A stretch of 64,000 bases of DNA from Azolla caroliniana (taxonomy: Eukaryota > Plantae > Polypodiophyta). The notes below the pieces were generated by a model. It was not told the DNA's origin. It ran no database searches and worked only from the letters and a program-made list of their open reading frames with translations. This document shows positions 13,081-27,290 of the stretch, piece after piece (the stretch's first letter is position 1; every line of letters begins with the position of its first letter). Both the position numbers and the translations under genes were made by a program. The DNA lies in the NCBI GenBank assembly GCA_043228905.1, contig JBHGNT010000094.1:1-64000 (forward strand), written 5' to 3'.

Positions 13081-16026
13081 AGGGATGCGGCGATCGGGCG
13101 GAACCGACAACCGTACGAGGTTGGACGCCAATCAAACGGATGAAAGGATCATGTGGCTATTTAAAGAAAGGTAAAAGAGACTAAAGTAAAGGTCAAGTGG
13201 ACGGTCGCAAGCAACTAAAGATAAAGCCATGCAACCAAAAATAGATTCAACGAAAAGAAAAGCTATGTAACTAAAAGTAGAGGCCAAGCAACAAAAAGTG
13301 GAGGCATATGATCAACGAGGAACTCCATATATAATTCCATTTTTTTTTTGATACTGATATGCTCTCTCCATATTATATTGTTCTTCTTTTCCTTCGGAGC
13401 TCTCTTATCTTATCGAAGCTAAGAACCCTAAATTTCCTTACGGAAGTCATAAACCCTAATTTTTGAATTGAAGCTAAAAAACCTAATATTCTAATTAAAT
13501 GCATATTTCATTTCTTCTAATCTATTACTCTAGTAATCTCCATTAGCAAATTTTTGTAATACCAATCTTGGGATTAATTGTAATCTTTCTTTCCCTTTAT
13601 TAATGAAATTTGTGAATCTTTATCATTTTGTCTTAATTGTTTAATATAATCATACGAATCTGATATCTTCCGGTCGGAGGCCCTGGGGTCCTGCCTCAAA
13701 GTTCACGTATCCTCGTCGTATTTCCGCGACATCTTTGGTGAACCCGACGTGAAACAAGGCAGTAGGAGGATATCAAGTAAGAAGATGGTTTCGATAAGTG
13801 GAACTCAAGGAGAAGAATTGACGAAAGGCATGGTGTCCGTCGTCGAATTCATGCTGAAAGAGAGAGATCGGGAGGCTTTAGTCGACAAAGCTGTTGACCA
13901 AACTGTGGAGACAGTTGGAAGATTCGGTGGGAAGAACATCACAAATTTCCTTGCTACCTACTGGAACGAGATGCAACAAAGAGATGTCCATGATTCAAAA
14001 CAAATTTCAAGCTTTAAGCGTGTGGTAGAACCCGGGATCCGTGAGCACGTGATGGAGATCCAAAACGAGCATGCAACTTGGGCGGAGTTCGAAAGGGCTC
14101 TTCTCACTGAATACATGCTTGAAGAGGCATCGCGGATGACTCGACATACGTTAATGAATTGGATCGAGAAGAAAGGGAAGAATCTGTGTGCATCGGGAAT
14201 TTATGCCGAATTCGACTAGAAGTACAACCGACTTCCGAGTGTCGAGCAACGAGTTCTCGACGGAGATAAAGTCTTACTATTCCTAAAGGTAATGCATGCG
14301 AAAGATCGGCAAGAATTGGGCAGTTTCTTGGAGGACGAAACACAACCAAATGGTTTGATAGCGGACTGGGCGGCGGTGAAGAAGGCTTGCAGCCGTTTTG
14401 AGAAGCGGCGACAATGGCAAGAGGAAGCTGAGGTTGAGAATCCACAATTGTGGAAGAAGGCACCTACGACGATTGAGCCTAGTAAGCCGATCAACAATTT
14501 CAACAAGAAAGCAATGGAGGAGTCTATAATCGAAGAGCTCTCCAAGAAGTTTGAAGCGGTATTGCTAGCCAACTTAGGTCGACGCGGGCCCAAGGGAAAA
14601 GAAGCGTATAGATGTGTGTGGTGCGATAGCTTTGAACACTCACGAAGGGAATGTGCTGACATGCAAGATGCGATCCGCAAGAATGTCATCTATTTGGACG
14701 GCAACATGATTCACTCGAGCGAGACCCGGAAGCCACTACGAGTGAACTTCGGAAGAGGTGGGCTGAAAAAGATTGTAGAAGAAGAAGATGCAAGGCATGT
14801 GGAGGCTATGCACTATGTCGCTTCGGTTGGGATACGAGTTGGAAAAGAGAATCTTAAAATGATCAAGCCAGGAGCTGGGTTTTGGCCAACGGTCTTCGAG
14901 TGCGAAGAAAAAGGCAAAATCAATTCAGAGGATCTAAAACTTGCTGACCGAAACGTGCGACGAGCAACCGGATGGTCAGATCCAATCGACGAAAACACAA
15001 GCTTTGCGGAGGTTGTGTGTGACACCTATGAAGCCCTTGTCGAAGAGAAGAGGAAGAGAACTGGTGAAGAAGATGGCACATCAAAGCGACCTAACATGAG
15101 GAACGGAGGGAAAGAAGGGCCACCCCAACCTATCCCAAGAAAAGAGATTGGTGAAACAAACATGAAGCCAGTGGATCGAGCCAACCTGCTCGGATGGAAG
15201 TCGAAGAATCAACAAAGAAAGGAAAAGAACGAGCGGCACCGACTTACAAGCTAAGGTCGGACATAGAACAAACAACTAACTTGCGGAAGGTCCTTGAGGA
15301 GAAGGTTTTAGATAGTCATGTCGACCTTACCTTGAGAGAGCTACTTGGGATCACGAAGGAGTTCCATGATACTATCGTGGACCTTATTAAAAGGAAGCAG
15401 CAACAATCTGATGAAGAGGAGGTGAAAACAAGTGCCATAACCATGGCAAGATCAGAAGAGGAGGAGGAAGAAGAAGTGGTGGCGGATAGCCATTACTCGC
15501 GGCCTCATTGGGCAAGAGCGACAACGGAGACACCGGTGAAGATCGGGGAGAAGAAAGAGACCGTGGTCGCTTTGATTGACCATGGCTCAGAGATCAACCT
15601 CATGTCGACCGAGTTCTACAAGAAAGGAAGATGGCCGATTAATACAAACCACGGATGGAAGATTCGAGCGGCGACGAAGGCTACGGAGGACTTGTACGGA
15701 GCTTGCCCCAACGTTAAAGTCACGATCGAGGATGTAGAGATTGATCAACACTTCTTCGTGCAAGACTCGGCTTCACATCCCGTCATCCTAGGACAACCAT
15801 ATATAACATCGTCCCGGATGGAGACCAAGGTGTTCGATAATGGAGCAGCCTTCGCGCGCGTCAAGAGTCTTGATAGTAAAAGATCTGTTCAATTCCTGAC
15901 GGTGCGAGCTAATCATGAAAGGAACCGAGATAGCCTTGGAGGCGAATCCTCGGATTTTTAAAGCGGACTATTGAAGCATGGGGCACAAATAGTCCGAGAA
16001 ATCATAAGTCCCCACAAGGAAGCAAA

Positions 16027-18612
16027 GTGCGTGGATTGCAAGGAGAAGCAACATGCGTCACACCTGGCGGCGCATGCAAACTTAGACTACTCGACAAGAA
16101 GGAAAAGTGTCAGATACAAGACTTCGAGGAGGTGCTGAAAGAAGAAAGCATAATCGAAGAAGAAGAATTCGTGTCATATATTCTGGAGGAAGCCTCATTT
16201 AACGACACTATCGGCGAAATCGAGGAAGTCGTGGATTTGAGCTATCCTCACCATCAACATGTGATTTCGGTTAACTCTGTCAACATGTATACTATCATCG
16301 ATGAATATCATCGAGGCATCTTGATAGAGGAAGCCGAAGTCAACACAAAATATAAAACCGTGGATAGGAAGATCAAGCCAGTTGCAGTTCCGCTACCGGA
16401 AGATAGTTGGCAAAAGATGAAGGAAGTTGCAAAAGATCCAAGCTTAAGGAACCCAAATACAATTGGTCACATCTTCACTGAAGAGACGAAGGGAAAGCTA
16501 CGAGTTGGAAGGGAGGATTTCCTCCTCCGTGAAGAGGAGCGAATGTTTCGTGGAATGCTTGAAAGACATGGGAAGGCTTTCGCGTTTTTCCCACAAGAAA
16601 TCGGGTGTGCTAATCCAAGGACGGTAGAACCGATGGTGATCTTCACGGTGCCGCATGTGCCTTGGAATTTGAAACCGATACCGGTTCAGAGAGCACACCT
16701 ACCGAAGTTGATCGAGCTCTTAAAGGAGAAGGTGGGGATGGGAATTCTAGAACCGTCGAATGCTCCTTATTCTAATAGGTGGTTCACGGTGCCAAAGAAG
16801 AATGGATCGTTGCGATTCATTCAAGATCTTCAACCCGTCAACAAGGTGACAATTCGGAATGCTGGAATCGGTCCGAGTGTGGATGAATTTGCTGAGGCGT
16901 TTGCGGGCCGGTCCATCTACTCCATCGGCGATCTCTACTCTGGCTACGATCAATTCCAATTGGCGGTCGACAGTCGTGACATTACAACCATGAGAACTCC
17001 AATCGGGTTGGTGCGGATGTGTACCTTACCTCAAGGCGCAACAAACTCGGTGGCTTATATGGTGAATGCTATGAACAAGGTCTTGAAGGATTGCATCCCA
17101 GAGATCACGATGCCATTCTTAGATGATATTCCGATAAAAGGATGTTCGGATGAAGAGAAGGATGAATCAAAAGATAAGGATGGATGTAGAAAGTTTGTCA
17201 TGGATCATATGAAAGATTGCGAGAAGGTGTTCCAAAGGCTCGAAGATGCGAATTTGACATTTTTGGGAGAAAAATTCGCATTCGGGCAACCGGAGATCCT
17301 GGTGGTAGGTCACTTTTGTGGAGCATACGGTCGGAAGCCTTCGCCATCCAAGGTGAAAGCAATCCAAGACATGAAAGAAGAATGTGTAACCCAAACAGAG
17401 GTTCGAAGGTTCCTTGGAGCATGTGCGTTTTATCATATTTGGATTCCACACTACGCCCACATTGCTGAGCCATTATATGGTCTACTAAAGAAGAAGCGGA
17501 TGTTCAAATGGACGAGCGAGCATACAATCGCCATCCGAAGGGTGAAGAAATTATTGATGGAGGCACCTGCATTACGGAAAGCGGACTATTCATACGGCAA
17601 GCCCATTTTCGTGACTGTGGATACTAGTCCAATCGGAATTGGATGGGTTATCAACCAAGAAGATGAAGATTGCAACCGATATGCAATTCGGTTTGGCGCG
17701 AAAGTGTTAAGTGACAGGCAAAGAAGGTATGCCCAAGTGAAGAGGGAGCTATGGGGGATCATCTCGGCAATCAAATCTGATCGTGATTACCTTATTGGAG
17801 GAGAAGTCATAATTGAGACAGATTGCCTACCAATTTTGGGTATGATATCTAGTTGTAATACACCGGATATTGCCATGTTGCGTTGGATTGCATATATCAA
17901 ATCACTCAACCCGGAGATCCGTCATGTAGCTGGGAAGCGTAATGTCGTTGTAGACATGCTATCACGAGCGAGATACGACGGAGAAGAAGATCGACATTCT
18001 GATGAAGATGATGTTGGCTTGGATTTCTTTGCAAGTTCCTATGCTTGGGTGTTGACTACTTTCATAGAAGAGGACTACGAAGGCGAATTCGTGGAGATCG
18101 GGAAATACTTGAGTTCTCTCCAAAAAGATGAATCATGGTCGACGGAAGGCTTCCATCGAATTCAGAAGAAGGCATACAAGTATTTCCTTAAGGATGGAGC
18201 TCTTTGGAGGCATGCAAAAAAGAAGAATGGGACTCCGATGAGAGTTGTCTGCAAGCTAGAAGACCAACAAAAACTAATGTTCGAATTTCATGATAGTGTT
18301 TTTGCAGGCCATCGAGGAATATGGGCTACGTTTGCGAAGCTTAAGGAGAAATATTGGTGGCCGGGCATCTACAAAGATGTAGCAGCTTATGTGGAAACAT
18401 GTAAGGAATGTCAAATGTTTTCGAATATTTGCCATCGAGATGGACTTCATCCGACTTACCCATTGGCTATGCATTACAAGTGGATGGTGGACATAGTGAT
18501 GATGCCAATGGGACGATGGCAGATGAAGTATCTTGTGCTCGCGAGAGAGGATCTTACCAATCAAGTTGAAGGGCGAACATTAAGAACTAAGGAGACATCA
18601 TCGGTATGCTGA
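16027..18612 (+). pseudogene. Gypsy B pol (RT, RNase H, integrase N-part); stops downstream
   Basis: DLYSGYDQ, LPQGATNS, PFLDDI (RT); VTVDTS and ELWG (RNase H); FH...GH...C..C integrase Zn finger; premature TGA at 18612 and further stops. Confidence 0.92.
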
Positions 18613-20873
18613 TTCCTTCTTGAAGATGTTATTTGCAAATATGGATGCGTCGGCAAGATAGTGGCTGATAGAGGCGAGTTGGACGCCAATGAAGCTAGAG
18701 AATTCTTCTCGAGGATGGGAATCAAATTATCTCTTACCATGGCGTATAATCCGGAAGCAAATGGGAAGGTGGAACGTGGACATGGACCGATTGTGAAGGC
18801 TCCAGTGAAAGCTTGCCATGGGAAAATAGGAGAATGGCCGCGTCTATTGCCATTTGCACTATGGGCTGATAGGACTACTCATAGCACGGTGACGGGATAC
18901 ATGCCGGCAGAGCTCATATTCGGACAAAAGCCAATAATGCCTGTAGAACAAAGTATTATTTCATGGTTTGCATTGCCATAGCAAGATGAGATAAGTAGAG
19001 AAGATCTTCTAGCATTGAGGATTTGACAATTAGAGCGGAATTTGGAAGATATATAGTTGGCTAAAGCGCGGCTAAAGAATGCAAGGCTAAAGAACAAGAA
19101 AGACTTCGATAAACGACATCGACTTCGGCCGAGGAAAATCGTTGAAGGAGATTGGGTGCTAGTCTATGATAGCAGCCTAGATAACTAACATAGTACGGCT
19201 CGAAAACTCTCACAACGATGATTTGGGCCATATGTGGTGAAGAAAGTGGAAGATAATGCAACATATCATTTAGTAGAACTGGATGGTACACCACTTGCCT
19301 TGCCAATTGCCGGTAAAAGAATCAAGATCTTCAAGAGAAGAGATAGAATAGAAATTGGATTCGAAGCTTTTGACGATTCAGTCTTAAGCATCGATGAAAA
19401 AGTATAGTAAACAAAAATGAATCTTCACCAAAATTGGCACATACCGGTGGATGTGCAGGTTTGGTGGGGGCGAATACCAAAGATGTCGGGGAAATACGAC
19501 GAGGATACGTGAACTTTGAGGCAGGACCCCGGGGCCTCCGACCGGAAGATATCAGATTCGTATGATTATATTAAACAATTAATACAAAATGATAAAGATT
19601 CACAAATTTCATTAATAAAGGGAAAGAAAGATTACAATTAATCCCAAGATTGGGATTACAAAAATTTGTTAATGGAGATGACTAGAGTAATAGATTAGAA
19701 GAAATGAAATATGGATTTAATTAGAATATTAGGTTTTTTAGCTTCAATTCAAAAATTAGGGTTTTTGAGTTATATGGCTTTGATTAGGAAATTAGGGTTT
19801 ATGACTTCCATAAGGAAATTTAGGGTTCTTAGCTTCGATAAGATAAGAGAGCTCCGAAGGAAAAGAAGAACAATATAATATGGAGAGAGCATATCAGTAT
19901 CGGAAAAAAAATGGAATTATATATGGAGTTCCTCGTTGATCATATGCCTCCACTTTTTGTTGCTTGGCCTCTACTTTTAGTTGCATAACTTTTCTTTTCG
20001 TTGAATCTATTTTTAGTTGCATGGCTTTATCTTTAGTTGCTTGTGACCGTCCACTTGACCTTTACTTTAGTCTCTTTTACCTTTCTTTAAATAGCCACAT
20101 GATCCTTTTATCCGTTCGATTTGCGTCCAACCTCCTACGATCGCCGGTTCCGCCCGATCGCCGAATCCCTCGCCGGCCGGTTCCATTTTGCTTGCCGGCC
20201 GATTCCGGTTTGCTTGCCGGTTCTAGTTCCAGTTTTGCTTGCCGACCGGTTCCGGTTTCCTTGCCGGTTCCGGTTCCAGTTTTGCATACCAACCGATTTC
20301 CGGTTTGCATACCGGCCAGTTTCCGGATTTGCTTACCAGCCGGTTTCCAGATTTGTTTACCGGCCGGTTTCTGGATTTAGGGAATTTGGCCACCATCATC
20401 CATCAAGACAAGGTGGCCAAAGTGCTCTTAGCACAAATGAAGAATGAGGGAGCTCAAGGTGCTTATATAGCCAGGGCCTTAAGTTTCTTATCTATGTGGG
20501 ATAGTTCTAATTTTCCTATGTTCTCAAACTTTATTTTCACATAACTTGATATGTATTTCTCCATTTTGCATATAGTAAAATACGTTTGGAAGCTCTTGAG
20601 TATATCCATCTTTCTATAGTAAGCTACTAATCTAATCTATAATAATTATTTCATTATTTTTTTACATAGTGTGTGAAGATTCACACGACAACGGTTCTTA
20701 CCGGGACCTCCTTACCGATCTCTTCGTCCGTTTCTCACCGACTCTCACCAGCCTTCTTCATCCGGCTCTCCTTACCGGTTTTGGTCCTTCCGGTTCTCAC
20801 CGGGTACTCCATGTCCTATCCGGAGAGACCAAAAATGTAATTTTTCCTGTAGTGTGCGAATTACACTACGACA

Positions 20874-23800
20874 CCGTTCTCGAGTATGAGAAGAAGGGAA
20901 AAGTCACTTCGAACGAGGTAGAGCTTGCGGACCGAAGTGTACAAAGTATCACCGGTTGGTCGGATCCGATGGATGACAACACCATACTCGCGGAAGTGAT
21001 GTGCGACAACCATGAGGTGTTCATCGAAGAAAAGAGAAAAAGAATAGAAGAGCAAGGCCCATAAAAAAGTCATGAAACAAGGAATGTGAAAAAGAAAGAA
21101 GATGCAGAAACGAGTCGAGTGTTACAAATGGAGGAAGGAGACTCTAGCCGAAAAGGGGAGTCAAGCAAATGAGTCGAAGAAACGGTTCGACCCGTGAAGG
21201 TTGGTGTCGAAGACCCTGCTTGGAAGGCAAGAACCTATAAACTAAAGTCGGACATAGAACAAACGACAAAATTAAAGAAGATTCTCGAGGAACGTGTTCT
21301 TGATAGCCACGTGAGCTTGTCCTTGAGGGAATTGCTTGGCTTTACGAAGAAGGAGTTCCATGATACGATTGTGGACCTCGTAAAGAGGAAAAGGCAACAG
21401 TCAGACGAAGAAGAAGAGGAAGATATGGTGGTCAGCCACTATACTTGGCCTCATTGGGCGTGAGCAACAATGGAGACGCTAATAAAGTTGGGGGATAGAA
21501 AAGAGATAGTCGTAGCGTTAATAGACCATGGGTCCGAAATCAACCTTATGTCAACTAAGGTCTATAAGAAGGGAAGATGGCCCATAAATACGAATCATGG
21601 GTGGAAGATCCATGCTGCTATGAAAGCTACCAAAGACTTGTATGGGGCATGTCCTAACATCCCCATCACGATTGGCAATGTTGAGATAGATCAACCTTTT
21701 TTTGTTCAAGACTCGGTATCCCATCCCATCATTCTTGGGCAACTGTACATAACATCATCACGGATGGAAACCAAAGTGTTCGACAATGGTGCGGCATTTG
21801 CTCAAGTTAGGTGTCTTGATGGGAAGAAGGCCGTACAATTCTTGACTGTACGTGTCAACCATGAAAGGAATCGGGATTGTCTCGGAGAAGTTGCTTTGGA
21901 TTTTTAGAGCAGACTATTGAAGCATGGGGCACAAATAGTACGAGCAATCACGTCCCCACAAGAAAATAGAGCGCGTGGATTGCAAGGAGAAGCAACATGT
22001 GTCACACCTAGTGGCGCATGTAAACTAGTACTACCCAACAAAAAGGACAAGCGTCGGATACAAGACTTCAAGAAGATGCTGAAAAAAGATAACATAATAG
22101 AAGAAGAAGAGTTCGTGACTCATATTATGGAAGAAGCCTCATTTAATGACACCATCGGCGAAATCGAGGAAGTTGTGGACTTGAGCTATCTTCACGACCA
22201 ACACGTAATTTTGGTTAACTCCGTCAACATGTACGCTATCATCGAAGCATCTTGATGAAGGAAGCTGACATCAACACAAAATGTAAAACGGTGGATAGGA
22301 AGATCAAGCCAGTTGCGGTTCCGCTACCGGAAGATAGTTGACAAAAGATGAAGGAAGTCGCTAACGATCCAAGCTTAAGAGATCGAAAGACAATAGGTCA
22401 TGTCTTCACCGAAGAGACGAAAGGAAAGCTACGAGTTGGAAGGGAGGATTTCCTCCTCCCTGAAGAGGAGCGAATGTTTCGCAACATGCTTGAGAGACAT
22501 GGGAAGGCTTTCACATTTTTCCCACAAGAAATCGGATGTGCTAATCCAAGGACAATAGAGCCGATGGTGATCTTCACGGTGCCACATGTGCCTTGGAATT
22601 TGAAACCGATATCGATTCCGAGAGCACACCTATCGAAGCTGATCGAGCTCTTAAAGGAGAAGGTGAATATGGGAATTCTGGAACCGTCGAATGCTCCTTA
22701 TTCTAATAGGTGGTTCACGGTGCCAAAGAAGAATGGATCATTGCGATTCATCCAAGATCTTCAACCCGTCAACAAGGTGACAATTCGAAATGTTGGAATC
22801 GGTCTGAGCGTGGACGAATTTGCCGAAGCATTTGCGGGGCGGTCCATCTACTCCATTGGCGATCTCTACTCTGGATACGACCAATTCCAGTTGGCGATTG
22901 ACAATCGTGACATTACAACCATGAGGACTCCGATCGGGCTCGTGCGGATGTGTACCTTACCTCATGGTGCAACGAACTCGGTGGCTCATATGGTGAATGC
23001 CATGAATAAGGTCTTGAAGGATTTCATCCTGGACATCACGATGCCATTCTCCGATAAAAGGATGTTTGGATGAGGAGAAAGATGAATCGAAAGATAAGGA
23101 AGGGTGTAGAAAGTTTGTCACGGATCATATAGAAGATTGTGAGAAGGTGCTCCAAAGGCTCGAAGATGCGAATTTGACATTTTCGGGAGAAAAATCCGCA
23201 TTCGGGCAACCAGAGATCTTGGTGGTAGGTCACTTGTGCAGAGCATACGGCTGGAAGCCTTCACCATCCAAGGTGAATGCGATCTAGGATATGAAAGAAG
23301 AATGTGTAAACCAAACGGAGGTTTGAAGGTTCTTTGGGGCATGCACATTTTATCATATGTAGATTCCGCACTACGCTCACGTCGTCGAGCCTTTATATGG
23401 ATTGCTAATGAAAAGATTGAAGTTCGAATGGCGAGACGAGCACACAAACGTGATGCGAAGATTGAAGAAACTACTTCTTGAAGCTCCAGTACTAAGAAAG
23501 GCCGACTATACCGAAGGGAAGCTGATTTATGTGACTGTAGATATGCGCCCAACCGGAATCGGGTGGGTCATCAACCAAGAAGGAGAAGATAATGCGTGGT
23601 ATGTCATCCGGTTTGGAGCAAAGGTTCTCAGCGAACGACAACAAAGATACGCCCAAGTCAAGCGGGAACTTTGGGGTATTGTGTCGGCAGTGAAGACGGA
23701 CAAAGACTACCTGATCGGGTCGGAAGTAATTATTGAGACAGATTGTCTTCCAATCCTTGGGATGATCTTAGGATGTGCGATACCAGATCTAGCTATGCTA

Positions 23801-24578
23801 AGGTGGATCGCCTATATCAAGTTTTTAAACCAAGAGATTCACGATATTGCAGGGAAGAAGAACGCCATGGCTGACATGCTGTCGAGGGCAAGATTTGAGA
23901 ATGAAAGTGACATGGTTTCGGAAGATGAAGACGTCACCCTTGACTTCTTCAAGATGGCCTGACTATCAGTGGAAGACAAGGACACGCTAACCCTCCACGC
24001 CTTCAACGAGGACGAGTACGAAGGAGAGTGGTTACTGATCGACAGATTCTTAAGAACAATGATGACGGATGCTTCATTGACGAAGGAGGAGGCTCTACGA
24101 ATTTGGAAGAAAGCCTACCAATACTTCTTGAGGGGAGGATTCCTTTAGCGAAACCCAAAAAGAAGGACATGAATGCCACGTCGAGTGGTGGTAAAGAAAG
24201 CAGAGCAAGTGACGTTGATGACCAAATTCCACGAGAGTCCTTGGGTAGGTCATAGAGGAACATGGGTGACATTCGAAAAGTTGATGGAGAAGTACTGGTG
24301 GCCAAGCATGTACAAAGATGTACTCCATTTTGTGTCCACATGCGAAACTTGCCAAAGACATTCGAATATACGTCATCGTGATGAGCTACGACCGACATAC
24401 CCGCTCACCATACACTTCAAATGGATGGTGGATCTGGTCTCAATGCCAATGGGAGTGGGACAAAGGAAGTACTTAGCTCTAGCAAGAGAAGACTTGACAA
24501 AGCAAGTAGAAGGATGGGCCTTGACAAATAAGACGACGTCAACTGTTTGCAAATTTCTACTCGAAGAGGTTGTCTGCC
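20874..24578 (+). pseudogene. Gypsy A gag C-half, protease, RT, RNase H and integrase N-part (degenerate)
   Basis: Fragmented ORFs 21194-24613 paralogous to B and D; breaks at FLLEEVVC. Confidence 0.92.
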
Positions 24579-26147
24579 CCAAGCTCCGGTCAACATCAAA
24601 ACAATCCAGGTAACACAAATTTTGCCAGCATATCTTAATTCTCATTTGAGAAAGTGTTGAATGCCTAATTTCTTTAGAAATAGAGCCAACTAAGAAGAGG
24701 AATGCTGCAAGAATGTTGTATGGAAAGGGCAAGAAAGGCAAAGTTGAATGTAATGGTGAGTCATATATGTTCTCACCTGTCTCGAGAGTTGTCAACCTAA
24801 TGCATTGTCTAATACCATGTACTTGTGTTACTAGCTGATGACGAAATGATCTTTGGTGAGGGAGATACGAGTCCAAAACCTGATCGTGAAGACGAATTTA
24901 TCCCACTCCCAAGTACCCGTCAAAAGCCGGTTTTTGAAAACAATGATTTAGATCATAACAACCCTATGATAGTGTTGCTTTTGGTGCATTCTATAGATCA
25001 TAACAACCCTGTTGAGCACTTAGATGTTGTGGAGAAGATGATCGAGCCTACCACTTGCAAATGGGGTATCTACGACTGTACAGTATGACGATGTAACAAT
25101 AGGTAAAAATGTGGCTCTTAACCCTATGTTCATTGTTGTTGGTATGTTGAGTATGTGAGTTGATACTAATATTCTTTAGAATCCCATTATTTAGGTTTAC
25201 AAGAGCAGTCTGATTCCCAATTGCAATCAAATGAATCCGAAACTATATGGAGCACAAGTGTAGAGTTAGATTCTGGGATTAACCTTTGCACGGAGGCAGA
25301 CTCTGGAAGCACATCTTCCACACATGAGGACTATGAGAAAAACGAAGCATTCATATTTGAAGAGCAGCTGGCATGTACAAACAACAATTTGTCTAAAGAA
25401 GCCCATGAGGAGTGTGGAAAGAATATGGCAAGTACTGAAGAGAAGACTGATTGTACTGAGAATGTATCTGTAGTGTCTAAAGATTCCCATGAGAATGAGG
25501 AGTGTGGAAAGAACATTGCTAGTACTGAAGAGGAGCCTGATTGTACTGAGAATGTGCTAGTAGTGTCTAAAGAATCCCATGAGTATTGTGGAAAGAACAT
25601 CGTTACAAATGAAGGGGAGCCTACTAGCATCACCCATGAGGACCAGGCAATAAAGACCACCCAAGAAGGGGAGCACGATTCTCTTAAGAATGAGGTGACA
25701 ACCACCGTACAGGAGGAGTTGACCCAAGAAGGAGAGCACAGGGGTCTTAAGAATGAGGTGACTATCACCAGCCAAGAGTTCGCTAGGAGTATTGTTGTAG
25801 CCCACATACAGGAGCCTAATTGTACTAAGACTGAGCATACTAGCAACAACATGAGTACTAAAACAACCCACGTTCAGGAGATGAGTGATAATTTTTCTAT
25901 CGATAGTACCTTTGTGGATGTGTGTACAAGCATTGCAGTTACAGAAAACACAGTTACTCTCTCAAGCTTGCCACTAGTACAAGGTGCCCGTGCATCCACG
26001 CCTGTCTCTGATGCCTCTGATGATGAAGTGCCACTTAGTCAGTTGATACCTAAAGGCTTTAAGATAAAGAAGAATGTAAAATCAGAAAAAACTGGCACCA
26101 ACAACAAGCGCATTACAAGATCAGCCAAATTGCCCTCTAGTGCCTGA
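24579..26147 (+). pseudogene. 3' exons of the RING-H2 accessory gene of DNA-transposon-like unit T (cut off by the inversion)
   Basis: Half-exon 24579-24609, exon 24678-24755, exon from 24835 (end uncertain), last exon 25195-26147 (acidic, repeated EECGKNxASTEE). GT-AG sites, phase-1 junctions. Confidence 0.7.
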
Positions 26148-27290
26148 TAGTCTTTCGATTGTACTTGAACTTTAGTTGAACTGTTAGTGATGTCTGAAAT
26201 TGAACTATTTGGTATACCAAAATACTGTCTCATTTATCTGAAATAGTTATACCAGTGTCTTTCGATTATCTTTCAATTGTACTTGAACTTTAGCTGAACT
26301 GTTAGTGATGTCTAAAATTGAACTATTTGGTATACCAAAATCCAGTAGTTATACCAGTGTGAAATTCTATATTGCCAATTGCAGAGAATGAAAATGTATT
26401 CTATTGTTAACTCTGAAATGCTGTGAAGATCAGATCACTCATCTAGTGTTGTAGTGTAATCTAAATTTCTATATTGCTAATTCTGAAATGATCTTTGGTG
26501 AGGGAGGTACGAATTTATCACACTCCCAGGTACACTCCCATGCAGCCATGATTGTGTTGATTACAAATAAAATTTTATATTGTTAACTGAGATGTTATAT
26601 ACAGTTCGTTATACCAAATGAAGATTTAGAAGACTGGTATATACTGTCATGCAACCGAACTTTACATCAGATGTATGTATCTGTCTAACTGAGATACTTT
26701 GGGAGACTACTATGTATTACTTAATGCTTGCAATTGACATTGGGAGACTGCTATGTATTACTTAATACTTGCAATTGACATAATTGCAATTGACATTAGT
26801 ACTAAACTAATATGTATGTTGATACTTGCGTTAGTACTAATATGTATATTGATACTTGCGAAGTATGGTCTCCTTGAGTGCACATGGTTAGAGTTGAATA
26901 ATGACTTGAGTGCAAACAATAGAGACTTGATAGTTCAATAAGTTTGGGCCATATTTAGGCTACTAAGTATTCAAGACTTCCCACCTTAAACCATAGAAAC
27001 AAGCAACTCTATAATTACCATAAACACTGACAATGCAAAAGTAATGAAGACTTCACACCTTAAACCATGGAAACAAGCAACTCTATAATTACCATAAACA
27101 CTTACAATACAAGCTCAAAAAATAGTCTCAATACATCAAATATATCGATTCATAATACATAATAGAAGAAAGACGAAATATATCAATTCATTTGTCAATC
27201 ATCAAAATTAATATATATCAATACATCAAATAGTGAACTACAAATGGATGTTTTTCAGTTTTCTGCTACAATGTATTGATAGGGTGACTT

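Larger units (their letters stand above)
12335..20690 (+). mobile_element. Ty3/gypsy element B with inverted terminal LTRs
   Basis: LTR 12335-13731, Trp PBS, gag-PR 13785-15961 (broken), pol 15952-~19410, PPT ~19463-19474. 19484-20690 is the reverse complement of the 5' LTR. Flanks CCGG and ACGG. Confidence 0.92.
11573..20873 (-). mobile_element. Solo LTR C (D-related gypsy LTR, ~0.95 kb) inside A gag, itself split by element B
   Basis: Ends are reverse complements of the D LTR ends. TSD CCGT (11569-11572 and 20874-20877). Removal restores A gag FWSTV|LEYEKKGK (element B reads FWPTVFECEEKGK). Pieces 11573-12334 and 20691-20873. Confidence 0.9.

Noticed and set aside
12579-13143. Overlapping ORFs rich in RFRF/PEPE/NRNR (also 19964-20544)
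   Set aside because: Artefacts of the AACCGG minisatellite inside the B LTRs
12335-20690. Element B as a DIRS-type (tyrosine recombinase) retroelement because of its inverted repeats
   Set aside because: It encodes a DDE integrase, has a PBS and PPT, and its relatives A and D have direct LTRs
25221-26147. Stand-alone or env-like extra ORF of gypsy A
   Set aside because: It has an in-frame splice acceptor at 25195, no transmembrane segment, and belongs to the T accessory gene
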